A stretch of 64,000 nucleotides of DNA from Myxococcota bacterium (GTDB lineage: Bacteria > Myxococcota_A > UBA9160 > UBA4427), in NCBI GenBank assembly GCA_965250285.1, contig OZ252299.1:4832001-4896000 (forward strand), read 5' to 3'. Shown here piece after piece: positions 32,006-41,867 of the stretch. The notes below the pieces were generated by a model that searched no databases, was not told the DNA's origin, and saw nothing but the letters and a program-made list of their open reading frames with translations. Every line of letters begins with the position of its first letter. Within the stretch, counting starts at the first letter, position 1. The translations under genes and the position numbers were made by a program.

Positions 32006-32695
32006 TCAGCCAGTGGTCGTCGTCCACCCCCCGGCGAAGGGCACGACCTGACCGACGATGAAGTCGCTGCGCGGCGATGCGAGAAAGAGCGCGAGGTCGG
32101 CCGACTCTTCGGGCTGCGCGAGGCGCCCGATCGGCACATTGCGCGCGAGGCTCTTCTGGAACCGGTCGGTCTCGACGAGCGACTCGGGGTAGTAGGCCTC
32201 GTTGTGCACGTAGTTTTGGGCGACGGCGTTCACCTGGACGTTCTCGCGTGCGAGCTCGAGGCCGGCGGCGCGCACGAACGCGTTCTGAGCACCGCGGGCC
32301 GCGCAGTACGCCGACGTGACCGGGATCCCGCGAAGCGGCGCGGCGCTCGTGATCGCAACGACCTTGCCTGCGCCCCGCGCGACCATGCCCGGTGTGAAAG
32401 CGCGAACGATCTGCATGAGCGGGCGCACCATCGTGTCGAAGAGCTCGTCCCACTCGGCGTCCTCGATCTCGGCGACGACATGCGGGCTCGGCCCCGCCGC
32501 GAGATTCGCGATCACGACATCGGGCTCGGGACATGCCTCGACGAGCGCATCGATCGCGGACGCCTCGGCGAGTCGACCGGGCACCGCCGTCACGTCGGCA
32601 CCCTCCTCGCGAAAGCGCGCCGCGATGGGCGGCCCCATGTAGTCGTCGCACTGCGTCACGAGCACTCTTCGTCCTTCGAACTCTCCGGCGGCCAT
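32006..32695 (-). CDS. Atypical SDR, halohydrin dehalogenase-like
   Basis: Lacks TGxxxGxG and has VTQCDDYMGP (TxxxxYxG); catalytic S...YCAAR with Arg in place of Lys; NAVAQNY and GQVVPFAGGW. Confidence 0.75.
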   Translation of the reverse strand: MAAGEFEGRRVLVTQCDDYMGPPIAARFREEGADVTAVPGRLAEASAIDALVEACPEPDVVIANLAAGPSPHVVAEIEDAEWDELFDTMVRPLMQIVRAFTPGMVARGAGKVVAITSAAPLRGIPVTSAYCAARGAQNAFVRAAGLELARENVQVNAVAQNYVHNEAYYPESLVETDRFQKSLARNVPIGRLAQPEESADLALFLASPRSDFIVGQVVPFAGGWTTTTG

Positions 32696-32739
32696 GTCGT
32701 GTCCTCGTAGGGGTTCGGCGTGCGATCCGTGTGCGCTCT

Positions 32740-33951
32740 TCAGCGCTCGACCCAGCTGCCGAGTCGCGGCGCCACGCGCAAGGCATCGGGCACGGCGTCA
32801 CCGATGCGGCGATCGACCTCTTCGTGCAGCCAGTAGAGCCGACGCTCCTGGTACGAGAGCGGGACCGCCGTGCAGCCGGGCGACTCCATCGAGCGCTGGA
32901 TCCAATCGAGGTTCGCGGTGTCCTCGCCGAGCACCGTGTCGAAGATGCCGATGAAGCCCTTCCAGTGATCGGGCGTCTCGCCTTCGCCCCAGTCGGCCAC
33001 GATCCAGGTGACGTCGAAGCGGGTCGTCCGCACGTCGATCGGCCAGAACTGCAGCAACGGAAAGCCACCCACGTCGGTGGGCACCACCAGGTTCGGAAAC
33101 ACCGTGTACGAGAGGTTCGTGATCTGCGCGATCTCGCTCGCGCTCGCGATGCGCGGCAGACCGGCCGCGGCGAGACCCGCATCGTTCGTCGGGTCACGCT
33201 TGGCCGACGCCATGCGCGAGTGCCCACCCGGCAGCAGCCCGATCGTCGTGCGCTCGTGGTCGAGCAGCTGATTCACGGTGTATGGGTGGATCATCTTCAG
33301 GTGATACACCTCGAGGTTCGCCTCGATCGCGGCCTTCCAGTTGCAGTCGAGCACGAAGTGGTGACGATCGATCACCCTCAGGCGCTCGGTCTCGAACTGG
33401 GCGAGCTCGTCGGTGAGCACGCCGAGCGTGCCGTGCAGCGGCGGCGCCTCGGGATCGAGGTTCACGAAGACGAGGCCCGCCCAGGTCTCACAGCGCACGG
33501 GCGTCAGCGCCAGGCTCTCGAGATCGAGTGCACCGAAGTCGCGTCGATCGGGGACTCCGACGAGCCGGCCATCGTGCTCGTACGTCCAGCCGTGGTACTT
33601 GCAGACGAGGCGCTGCGCGCACTCGCTCGCTTCGCGGACGACGGGAGCCCCGCGGTGCCGGCAGGCGTTGTAGAACGCGCGCACCTCGCCGTCGCGCCCG
33701 TGCACGACGATGATCGGCGGGCCCAGTGCGTCGAACCGCACCGCCGTGCCCGGTGCGCGCAGCTCGTCGACGTGTGCCGCGACGATCCAGCTGCGGTTCC
33801 AGATCTGCTCGCGTTCGAGCTCGAAGAAGGTCGGGTCGGTGTATCGCTCGGCCGCGATCGGCGCGAGCGCCGGGAAGCCGTCGGGCGGCGCCGACCGATC
33901 GGCCTCGAAGGCCATCTCGCGCTTCAGTCGCTCGATCCAGTCCGCGTCCAT
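32740..33951 (-). CDS. Rieske non-heme iron oxygenase alpha subunit
   Basis: CRHRG..CKYHGW Rieske motif, NWK..EANLEVYH..IH and a distal ED. Confidence 0.92.
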   Translation of the reverse strand: MDADWIERLKREMAFEADRSAPPDGFPALAPIAAERYTDPTFFELEREQIWNRSWIVAAHVDELRAPGTAVRFDALGPPIIVVHGRDGEVRAFYNACRHRGAPVVREASECAQRLVCKYHGWTYEHDGRLVGVPDRRDFGALDLESLALTPVRCETWAGLVFVNLDPEAPPLHGTLGVLTDELAQFETERLRVIDRHHFVLDCNWKAAIEANLEVYHLKMIHPYTVNQLLDHERTTIGLLPGGHSRMASAKRDPTNDAGLAAAGLPRIASASEIAQITNLSYTVFPNLVVPTDVGGFPLLQFWPIDVRTTRFDVTWIVADWGEGETPDHWKGFIGIFDTVLGEDTANLDWIQRSMESPGCTAVPLSYQERRLYWLHEEVDRRIGDAVPDALRVAPRLGSWVER

Positions 33952-33965
33952 GGCGCGCCTCCCGA

Positions 33966-34802
33966 TCAGACCGCCGGCGACACACCGCGCGCTTCGGCGA
34001 TCACCTTGCGAGTGGCGTCGATCGCGCGCTTTGCAGCGTCGGCGGGCGACAGGGTTTCGAGCTCTTCGCTGAACAGCTCGACGCCGAGCGGCGCACGACA
34101 CCCGCCGGCGTCGAGCAGCCGGATCAACCCGGCGACGTCGGCGTCGCCCTCGCCGGGCATCAACCGGCGATGCAGCGTCTCGTCGATGAGGTTCGGCTCG
34201 GCTTCGGCCGGACAGTCGTCGAGCTGCACGGCCAGCACCCGGTGGGCCTCGCGAGCCAGCGTGTCGCGGCTGCTGCCGCTGCGCACGAAGTGCCAGACGT
34301 CGAACATGATGCCGGCGTTCTCGCGCTCGGCCGCGTCGACGATCTCGAGCGCGGTGTCGAGATCACGGATCGCCGAGAACGGCATGAACTCGAGGTGCAC
34401 CTGCAGCCCCGCATCGGCGGCCCGGTCGCAGAGCACACGGAAGGGCTCGACGAGATCGCCTGGCTGAACCCCCGGCGCGAAGCACGTCGCGTTGATCGAT
34501 CGTGCGCGCACGCGCTCCGCGGCATCGAGAAAGTCATCCGTGCTCCAACGCTCGAAGCCCGGTCCCCCCGGCTCGACACCCGGCACCCAGGTCAGATGCG
34601 GATCGAGATCGCCGACCGCGAGCCCGAGCCCGTCGAGCCGGGCGCGCAGCTCTTCGTCGTCGACCGCCAGGCCATCGAGATCGTCGAGAAACAGGGTGAG
34701 GCCGGTGTAGCCCGCCGCGGCCGCGATCTCGATGCGTTCGAGCAGCGGCACCTTCGCGAGGGTCGCGGCACAGAGCAGCACGTCGTCGGGGCCGAGGGGC
34801 AT
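33966..34802 (-). CDS. Sugar phosphate isomerase/epimerase (xylose isomerase-like TIM barrel)
   Basis: LEFMPFS, DVWHFVR, VQLDD, R.MPGEG and GVELF. Confidence 0.88.
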   Translation of the reverse strand: MPLGPDDVLLCAATLAKVPLLERIEIAAAAGYTGLTLFLDDLDGLAVDDEELRARLDGLGLAVGDLDPHLTWVPGVEPGGPGFERWSTDDFLDAAERVRARSINATCFAPGVQPGDLVEPFRVLCDRAADAGLQVHLEFMPFSAIRDLDTALEIVDAAERENAGIMFDVWHFVRSGSSRDTLAREAHRVLAVQLDDCPAEAEPNLIDETLHRRLMPGEGDADVAGLIRLLDAGGCRAPLGVELFSEELETLSPADAAKRAIDATRKVIAEARGVSPAV

Positions 34803-34842
34803 GCGCGGTGGCTCTCCGAGGTGAGGGGCGACGCCGATCCGG

Positions 34843-35598
34843 CTACAGGTTGCCCTTGTGCTGAACGCCGTCGACCGGGAGGTTCGCGCCCGCGATCCAG
34901 CTCGCACGTTCACTCGCGAGAAAGACCACGGCGTTCGCCACCTCGAAGTCGGTGCCGAGCCGGCCGAAGGGGATCGAGGCCAGGATCGTGTCGTACTGCT
35001 CGCGGGCCACGTTCTTGATCGTCTCCCACATGCCGCCTTCGAACTCGATCGAGCCCGGTGACACGCAGTTCACGCGAATGCCCTTCGGCGCCAGCGTCTC
35101 GGCGAGTGTCTTCGAGTGGCTGATGAGCGCCGCCTTCATTGCCGCGTACGATGGAGGCGAGCCCGCCTCGAGCCCCGAGGTCGAAGCGATGTGAATGACC
35201 GAGCCGCCGCCGCCCGCTTCGAGCCACGGCACCACCTTTCGGGTGGCCCGCACCGTAGCCAGAACGTCGACGTCGAAGGCCGTCTGCCAGCCGGCGTCGT
35301 CGTCGCTGACGCCGAACCCGCTCGCGTTGTTCACGAGCACGTCGACGCCGCCGAGCGCCGCGTGCGCGGCTTCGAGGAAGTCATCGAGCGAAGCCGAATC
35401 GCGCACGTCACACGCCTGGGCGTGCACCTTCACGCCCTTCGCCTGCAGCTCCTCGGCCGTCTTTGCGAGTGTCTCCTCGGTCCTCGCGCAGATCGCGAGG
35501 TTCGCGCCCTCCTCGGCGAACGTCAGCGCGATGGCGCGACCGATCCCCTTGCTGGCGCCCGTGACGACCACGTTCTTTCCGCTCAGTCCCAGATCCAT
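34843..35598 (-). CDS. Classical SDR oxidoreductase
   Basis: TGASKGIG, LVNNA, YAAMK and VSPG. Confidence 0.92.
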   Translation of the reverse strand: MDLGLSGKNVVVTGASKGIGRAIALTFAEEGANLAICARTEETLAKTAEELQAKGVKVHAQACDVRDSASLDDFLEAAHAALGGVDVLVNNASGFGVSDDDAGWQTAFDVDVLATVRATRKVVPWLEAGGGGSVIHIASTSGLEAGSPPSYAAMKAALISHSKTLAETLAPKGIRVNCVSPGSIEFEGGMWETIKNVAREQYDTILASIPFGRLGTDFEVANAVVFLASERASWIAGANLPVDGVQHKGNL

Positions 35599-35607
35599 GT
35601 CTTCTCC

Positions 35608-36060
35608 TCAGGCCGCCGACTCGACCGTGATCTCGGTCTTGACCGAGTTCGCGATGAAGCACTGCTCGTGTGCCTTGTGGTGCAGCTTCTCGATCGCCTC
35701 CGCATCTGGGCGCTTCTCACCGCCCCACTCGATGCGCGGCCGCAAGACGACGCGCGTCACCGCCAGCCGTCCCTCTTCGTTCTTTTCCATCGTGCCCACC
35801 GCATCGTCGACGTACGACTCGACGACGTAACGCCGCCGCGCGGCCAGCGCGAGAAACGTCAACATGTGACAGCTCGACAGCGAGGCGACGAGGGCCTCTT
35901 CGGGATCGACCCGGTCGGCGTTGCCCAGAAAGTCGGGGGCCGCGCTCGCATCGACCGCCGAGCCACCGGGGAAGTGCCACGCGTGATCGCGCGAGTACGT
36001 GTCGTAGGTGTAGTCGCGATCGCCGCGCGACCATTCGACCTTGCAGTGATGTTCCGACAT
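35608..36060 (-). CDS. OsmC/Ohr family protein
   Basis: DPEEALVASLSSCHMLTFL and AHEQCFIANSV. Confidence 0.92.
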   Translation of the reverse strand: MSEHHCKVEWSRGDRDYTYDTYSRDHAWHFPGGSAVDASAAPDFLGNADRVDPEEALVASLSSCHMLTFLALAARRRYVVESYVDDAVGTMEKNEEGRLAVTRVVLRPRIEWGGEKRPDAEAIEKLHHKAHEQCFIANSVKTEITVESAA

Positions 36061-36167
36061 GGTCCCTCCGCATCCACGCGGCCCAGCGTCGGGCCCGGCG
36101 GACGAACGGAGAGCCTAGCCCGAACCGAGGCGCGGGATCGGGGGCGCACGCAGCGGTGTGGAATCGC

Positions 36168-36899
36168 TCAGGCGGGGGTCGGATCGCGCAGCCAAACGAG
36201 GGGCTGCCGTGCAACGAACGCGAGATAGAGACAGACCGAAGCCGACACGCCGGCGAACGCGTCGACCAGCAGCAGCGCGGGCGAATCGAACATCGAGACG
36301 CCGAGCAGCTTCGCCGTCGCGTCGACCCCGCAGACGACGCCGGCCGATCCGATCCCGATCCCCCACAGCAGCAGCCGGTCGCTCGCCACGGCGTCGCCCA
36401 GGCCGAGGGCCAGGCGGCGGCGCACCAGCCCCTGGTGCTGAATCGACTTGACCGCAGCGAACGCCAGCGCGAAGGCGCGCATGAAGTCGGCGACGCGGGT
36501 GGGCCAGCCGGCCGGTCCGACCGCCTGGAAGCCGGTCACCGGGATCTCGGCGAGCCAGAGCAGCGCCATCCAGATCGCGAAGCCCCTCGAGAGCCAAGCC
36601 ATGCGGCGATCGAGCGCATGGAACACGCCGCACGTGAACGCGAAGATGAGCGCGGTACCGAGGTTGAGGCTGGCGGCAGCGATCGCCCAGACGGCGCGCC
36701 CGAGACCCGGGTGGATGCCGGCCGCGGGCTCGCACAGACCCGTGAGTGTGAAGCCGACCGGACCGATCGCCAGCAGAGCGATCCCCGCCTGAAGCTCGGG
36801 TCGCTCGCGCGTGCGTCGCCAGACCGCCAGCAGGCGGATGCCCACCGTTCCGGTCGAGAGGCACATCAAGCCGATCGCGATCCAGGCCATCCAGCTCAT
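36168..36899 (-). CDS. Hypothetical multi-pass (~7 TM) membrane protein
   Basis: Hydrophobic segments from MSWMAWIAIG, plus RRTRERPEL and RRRLALGLGD. Confidence 0.7.
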   Translation of the reverse strand: MSWMAWIAIGLMCLSTGTVGIRLLAVWRRTRERPELQAGIALLAIGPVGFTLTGLCEPAAGIHPGLGRAVWAIAAASLNLGTALIFAFTCGVFHALDRRMAWLSRGFAIWMALLWLAEIPVTGFQAVGPAGWPTRVADFMRAFALAFAAVKSIQHQGLVRRRLALGLGDAVASDRLLLWGIGIGSAGVVCGVDATAKLLGVSMFDSPALLLVDAFAGVSASVCLYLAFVARQPLVWLRDPTPA

Positions 36900-36993
36900 A
36901 CCCGTGTTACATCGGCGAGCCGACTGCCAAAATGAGCGTCGGCATCGATGAATCGCGTGAGAGCAGAAGATCGAACGCGCCTCGGGCTCGGAG

Positions 36994-37090
36994 CGCACCT
37001 CGACGGCTCCGGGCCCCAAGGCGACGACCCCGAGCCGCCACTCGACGACCCCGGGCCGCACCTCGAATGCGCCGGGCCGCGTCTCGACGC
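36994..37090. repeat. Degenerate 21-bp tandem repeat, about 4.5 copies, intergenic
   Basis: CGCACCTCGACGGCTCCGGGC / CCCAAGGCGACGACCCCGAGC / CGCCACTCGACGACCCCGGGC / CGCACCTCGAATGCGCCGGGC / CGCGTCTCGACG. Confidence 0.75.
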
Positions 37091-37120
37091 GATCGCGGCG
37101 CCCGGCCGCCGCCCCGCCCC

Positions 37121-38065
37121 TCAGAGCCGCACGGTCACCTTGCCGACCGCGCGCCCGGTCATCGAGCGGCGAAAGGCGTCGGGCAGCGCTTGGAGCCCCT
37201 CGAAGACCCGGTCGATGACGATCTCGAGCTCGCCCGCTTCGACCCGCCCGCAGAGCAGCGACAGGTCGTCGCCGCTCGGCTGGAGCATGGTCAGCACGGC
37301 CCGCCGGCTGGAGATCAGCGGCCAGAGCACGAGCGCGCCGAGCTGGCGCAGCTCGGGCGCCACGAGCGAGACGCGTCCTTCGCTCGCAGCCAGCGTGTGC
37401 AGCGCGCCGGCGCCGAGGGCGCCGACGCAGTCGACCACGCTGTCGAACTCGCCCCAATCCGCCGGATCGACCCGGGCGGTGTAGTCGATCACCTCGTGCG
37501 CACCGAGCCGCTCGGCGAGCGCTGCGTTGCGAGCGCTGCAGATCCCGGTCACCCGCGCGCCGGCGTGCCGCGCGAGCTGCACCGCGAAGTGACCCACGCC
37601 CCCCGACGCACCGATCACGCAGACGCGGCGATCCAGCTCGAGGGCCTGCACGTCGCGCAGCGCCTGCAGCGCCGTCTGGCCCGCGAGCGGCAGCGCCGCG
37701 GCGACCTCGGGCACGAGCCCGGCCGGTGCGCGCGCACTCATCGCGGCCGGCACCGCGATCCGCTCGGCGGCCGCGCCGCCCTTCAGACCCGGCTGCCGAC
37801 ACACCACGCGCTCACCGACCGCAAAGCCCGTGACCCCTGCGCCCAGCGACTCGACGACGCCGCACACGTCGAAGCACGGAATCGCGGGAAACCCCGGTCG
37901 CAGGATCAGCCGGTGGCGGCCGGTCATCATCTTCCAGTCGACGGGATTCACCGAGAACGCCTCGACGCGCAGCCCGAGCTCGCCGGCCGCCGGCTCGGGG
38001 TCGGGCCGCTCGACGACCTCAGCGGTCTCGGGGGCCCCGAATCGGTGGTAGACGACGGCGCGCAT
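37121..38065 (-). CDS. MDR-family NAD(P)-dependent oxidoreductase (quinone reductase-like)
   Basis: MRAVVYHRFG, SVNPVDWK, GASGGVGHFAVQLA and GRAVGK. Confidence 0.9.
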   Translation of the reverse strand: MRAVVYHRFGAPETAEVVERPDPEPAAGELGLRVEAFSVNPVDWKMMTGRHRLILRPGFPAIPCFDVCGVVESLGAGVTGFAVGERVVCRQPGLKGGAAAERIAVPAAMSARAPAGLVPEVAAALPLAGQTALQALRDVQALELDRRVCVIGASGGVGHFAVQLARHAGARVTGICSARNAALAERLGAHEVIDYTARVDPADWGEFDSVVDCVGALGAGALHTLAASEGRVSLVAPELRQLGALVLWPLISSRRAVLTMLQPSGDDLSLLCGRVEAGELEIVIDRVFEGLQALPDAFRRSMTGRAVGKVTVRL

Positions 38066-38106
38066 GGCGTGCGGGCTCCTCGGTCTCGGATGCCGTCGTG
38101 GCGGGG

Positions 38107-38589
38107 CTAGGGCGCGACTTCCCAGGTCGACGTGCCCGGTGCGACCACGCCTTGCTGCATCAGCTCGTCGCGCAGCTTCTCGACCCGGCGGCGATTCACC
38201 CCGAGATCCGAGCGCCCCTTGCGCGAGGCCGAGCGCACGTCGATGCGTGCCTCGTGCGGGTGCAGCCGAAACTCGACGTCGTCGACGAAGCGAAACAGAA
38301 AGCTCGTCGCTTCGGCGTGAATCGCCGTGTTGTCGGCCTGCACCACCTTCGTGCGCGGCGAGTTCTCGAGCACGCTGATCAGCACGGTCCACGCGACCTC
38401 GGGCGCACCGACGATCACGAAGGGCTCGATGTACGCCGGGCTGGTCTCGGGGGCCAGGCTCGACACGCAGTTGGGCGTATCGGGGCAGGGGGCCAGCGCC
38501 GCGACGCCGACGTCGGCCGGTTGCTTGCCACCGCAGCCCACCGCGAGACCGGCCGCGAACAGGAACACACAGAGAAGTCGAAGGCTCAC
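38107..38589 (-). CDS. DUF1499 family lipoprotein
   Basis: Lipobox AVGC, PCPDTPNCVSS, FVDDVEF and RSASRKGRSDLGVNRRR. Confidence 0.88.
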   Translation of the reverse strand: MSLRLLCVFLFAAGLAVGCGGKQPADVGVAALAPCPDTPNCVSSLAPETSPAYIEPFVIVGAPEVAWTVLISVLENSPRTKVVQADNTAIHAEATSFLFRFVDDVEFRLHPHEARIDVRSASRKGRSDLGVNRRRVEKLRDELMQQGVVAPGTSTWEVAP

Positions 38590-38909
38590 AGGCGAGACGG
38601 TAGCCGGCCTTTCGGGCGCAGCCCGCAGCCTGCACCCGATGCAGCGTCGACGCTGCGCTGGCGGGTCTCGGCCCCAGGCAGAAGAGGCTCGCGGCGGGCT
38701 GCATCGCGTCTCGTTCGGGCGGGCGGGCAGGCGCATTCGGCACGACACTTGAAGTGACGAGAACGGAGTGGCAAACGCGACGCGTCGGGCGTCGAACGGC
38801 GTGAGCCCAAACGCCTCGGTGTGCACCGCTGGGAGCCCATCGAGGACGCATCCGACGAAGCCGAGCCAAACCCGCGGGTTCGCGCCCCCCGCATCACCGG
38901 GAGACCTCG

Positions 38910-40202
38910 ATGACACTCCGCACCGCCTGGCACGACACCCTCTTCACGGCGCGCACACTGGCCACGGCCGGGCTCGAACAGCTGACGAGCGGCGTCGTGT
39001 TCAATCCCACCGATCCCGGTCTTCGCGCCGACCCGTATCCCTTCTACCAGCGACTGCGCGAGCAGGATCCGATGCACCGCAGCTGGGCGGCGGGCGGCTG
39101 GGTCTTGTCGCGATACGAGGACATTCGCGGCGTACTCGCCGACAAGAGCTTCTCGGCAGACGAGCGCAACTGGTCGCTCTACAAGATGTTCCGCGCGCGA
39201 TCGGAGGCCCATGGCCTGCGCGACCCCTACGAAGACGACACGATGACGATGCTGCGGCTCGATCCGCCCGACCACACGCGGCTTCGCCGCCTCGTGTCGA
39301 AGGCGTTCACGCCGCGCTCGGTCGAGGCGCTGCGCGGGCGCGCCGAGGAGATCCTCGACGAGCTGCTCGACGGACGCGGCCGCGCGGGTCGACTCGAACT
39401 GGTGAGCGATCTGGCCGCGCCCTTCCCGATCATCATGATCGCCGAGATGCTCGGCGTGCCGGCCGAGGACCGCGATCGCTTTCGCTTCTGGTCGGACGAA
39501 GCGGTCAAGACCCTGGGCGACAACGCGTTCGAAGACGTCCGCGAAGGCCGCGCCGCGATGGACGAGTTCGGCGACTACATCGAGGCCGTCGCCGAGCAGC
39601 GCCGGGCCGAACCGCGCGACGACCTGCTCTCGGGTCTCGTCGCCGCCGAAGAAGAGGGCGACCGACTCTCGATGTCCGAGCTGCGGGCGACGTGTGTGCT
39701 GCTCATGGTCGCGGGCAACGAGACGACGACGAGCCTGATCGGCAACTCGGTGCTCGCGCTGCTCGCGCATCCCGAGCAGGCGGCGCTGCTGCGCGAAGAG
39801 CCGAAGCGCATCGCAGGCGCCGTCGACGAGCTGCTTCGCTATGACAGCCCAGTGCAGTTCACGTCGCGCATCGCGACACGCGATACCGAGCTGCACGGCG
39901 CCCGGGTTCGGGCCGGGCAGCAGCTGGTGCTGCTGCTCGGTAGCGCCAACCGCGATCCGGCCGCGTTCGAGCGACCCGACTCGCTCGACGTCACCCGCGA
40001 CGCGGGCAACCATCTCTCGTTCAGCTTCGGGCTGCACCGCTGCCTCGGTGCCCAGCTCGCGAAGCTCGAGGGCGAGCTGGCCCTCGAGGCGCTGCTGTCG
40101 CGGTTCCCCGAGCTGCGGCTCGCCGACACGGCCGAGCGCGCCGTCGAGTGGGGAACCAATACGATCCTGCGTGGCCCGAAGCGGCTCGACCTGCTCTACT
40201 GA
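38910..40202 (+). CDS. Cytochrome P450
   Basis: DPPDHTRLRR, AGNETT, ELLR (ExxR) and heme motif FSFGLHRCLG. Confidence 0.96.
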   Translation: MTLRTAWHDTLFTARTLATAGLEQLTSGVVFNPTDPGLRADPYPFYQRLREQDPMHRSWAAGGWVLSRYEDIRGVLADKSFSADERNWSLYKMFRARSEAHGLRDPYEDDTMTMLRLDPPDHTRLRRLVSKAFTPRSVEALRGRAEEILDELLDGRGRAGRLELVSDLAAPFPIIMIAEMLGVPAEDRDRFRFWSDEAVKTLGDNAFEDVREGRAAMDEFGDYIEAVAEQRRAEPRDDLLSGLVAAEEEGDRLSMSELRATCVLLMVAGNETTTSLIGNSVLALLAHPEQAALLREEPKRIAGAVDELLRYDSPVQFTSRIATRDTELHGARVRAGQQLVLLLGSANRDPAAFERPDSLDVTRDAGNHLSFSFGLHRCLGAQLAKLEGELALEALLSRFPELRLADTAERAVEWGTNTILRGPKRLDLLY

Positions 40203-40345
40203 GTCGGGCTTGACCGAGTCGGGACGACCCTGCCGATGAGCCGGTCGGCCTCGTGACTTCGGGTCGGCCGCCGACCGTCTACGCTTGGCCGACCCGTCCC
40301 TCGGCGAAGAGGCGAGCAGAAGCACCCCGCCTCGAGGAGAAACCC

Positions 40346-41788
40346 ATGCCTGCGCCCCCCGCCGCAGCCAGCCTCGCCGAGGCGACGCGCGACGCCCCGC
40401 ATGCCGGGATGACGGCGACGACGAGCGAAGCCCTTCCGTTCTCGACGCTGTTCATCTACTCGGCGCCGGCGCTCGGCCAGTCGTTCATGTTCATCTTCGC
40501 GGGGATGTACCTGCTCAAGTACTCGACCGACGTCCTCGGCGTGGCCCCTGCGGCGATGGGCATGATCTTCATGGTCTCGAAGTTCTGGGACGCGTTCTCC
40601 GACCCGCTGGCCGGCTATCTGTCCGACCGCACGCGATCGCGGTGGGGGCGCAGACGCCCGTGGATGTTCGCCGGCGCCTTGCCGGTCTGCGTCGTCTTCT
40701 TTCTCATGCTCACGCCGCCGGCGTCGCTCTCGAGCGGCGCCCTCACGGCCTGGATGGCCGTCTGCGTCGTCGGCTTCTACACGGCGATGACCGTCTTCAA
40801 CATGCCGCACGATGCCCTCGGCGCAGAGCTCTCGAGCGACTACACCGAGCGCAACCGCATCTTCGGTGTCCGGCGCGCCGTACAGGGCCTCGGCATGATC
40901 GGCATGTTCGCGGCCATCGGCTTTCTCGCCGAGAGCGAGACACCGCGCAGCTTCGCGTTCGCACTCGCGGCCACCGTCTCGATCGGCACGCTCGCCTTGA
41001 TGCTCGTCCCCGTGTTCCTGCTGCGCGAGCGGCCCGAGTTTCAGGGGCGGGGCGCGAACGTGGCCTGGGAGGCGGTGGCCGACGTCTTTCGTAATCCGCA
41101 CGCGCGGCTGCTCATGGGCGTGTACCTGCTTCAGCAGATCGGGATCGGGGGCCTCAGCCTGATCGTCGCCTACTGGGCCGACTACGTGCTCGGCGACGCC
41201 GCTTTTCTCTCGACGCTGATGGTGTCGCTCTTTGCGGCTTCGGTGGTCGGCATTCCGTTCTGGATCCGCCTCGGGCGTCACTACGAGAAACGGACGCTCG
41301 TGCTGATCAGCATGGTGATCGTCGGCGCGGCGCTCGCGAGCATCGGCCTCGTGCCCGAAGGCGGCTTCGCGATCACGATCGTCGTCGCGATCATCGCGGG
41401 GCTCGCGATCTCGTGCCTCGACGTGATCCTGCCGAGCATCCAGGCCGACGTCATCGACTTCGACGAGTTCCGCACGGGTGAACGCAAGGAGGGCGTCTAC
41501 TTCGCCGTCTGGCACCTCGCACAGAAGGTCGCGTCGGGTCTGGCCGCGGGCGGCGTGGGCTTCGTGCTGTCGGGCGTCGGCTTCGAGCCGAACGCCGAGC
41601 AGACGCCCGAAACCACCCAGGCGATCCGGATCGTGATGAGCGCGTTCCCGCTGACCGTGTATGGAGCCGGCACCCTGCTCTTCTGGTTCTTCCGCATGTC
41701 GAAGCAGGAACACGCCGACGTGCTCGCAGCACTCGACGCGCGTCGAGCCGCCGACCACGAGCTGGCGAAACGCACCGGGCGCGCGTGA
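40346..41788 (+). CDS. MFS transporter, GPH (glycoside-pentoside-hexuronide) family
   Basis: WDAFSDPLAGYLSDRTRSRWGRRRPW and ADVIDFDEFRTGERKEG. Confidence 0.92.
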   Translation: MPAPPAAASLAEATRDAPHAGMTATTSEALPFSTLFIYSAPALGQSFMFIFAGMYLLKYSTDVLGVAPAAMGMIFMVSKFWDAFSDPLAGYLSDRTRSRWGRRRPWMFAGALPVCVVFFLMLTPPASLSSGALTAWMAVCVVGFYTAMTVFNMPHDALGAELSSDYTERNRIFGVRRAVQGLGMIGMFAAIGFLAESETPRSFAFALAATVSIGTLALMLVPVFLLRERPEFQGRGANVAWEAVADVFRNPHARLLMGVYLLQQIGIGGLSLIVAYWADYVLGDAAFLSTLMVSLFAASVVGIPFWIRLGRHYEKRTLVLISMVIVGAALASIGLVPEGGFAITIVVAIIAGLAISCLDVILPSIQADVIDFDEFRTGERKEGVYFAVWHLAQKVASGLAAGGVGFVLSGVGFEPNAEQTPETTQAIRIVMSAFPLTVYGAGTLLFWFFRMSKQEHADVLAALDARRAADHELAKRTGRA

Positions 41789-41862
41789 GTGACCGTCGCG
41801 CGGCACTCGACTCGAGCGAGGCCGCCTGGCACGCGCCGGCAAACCGCACCGGGCGCGCCTGA
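41725..41862 (+). repeat. Diverged tandem copy of the MFS gene 3' end (period 74)
   Basis: 41725-41788 vs 41799-41862, 49/64 identical and ungapped; both end in TGA. Confidence 0.85.
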
Positions 41863-41867
41863 CCGCG

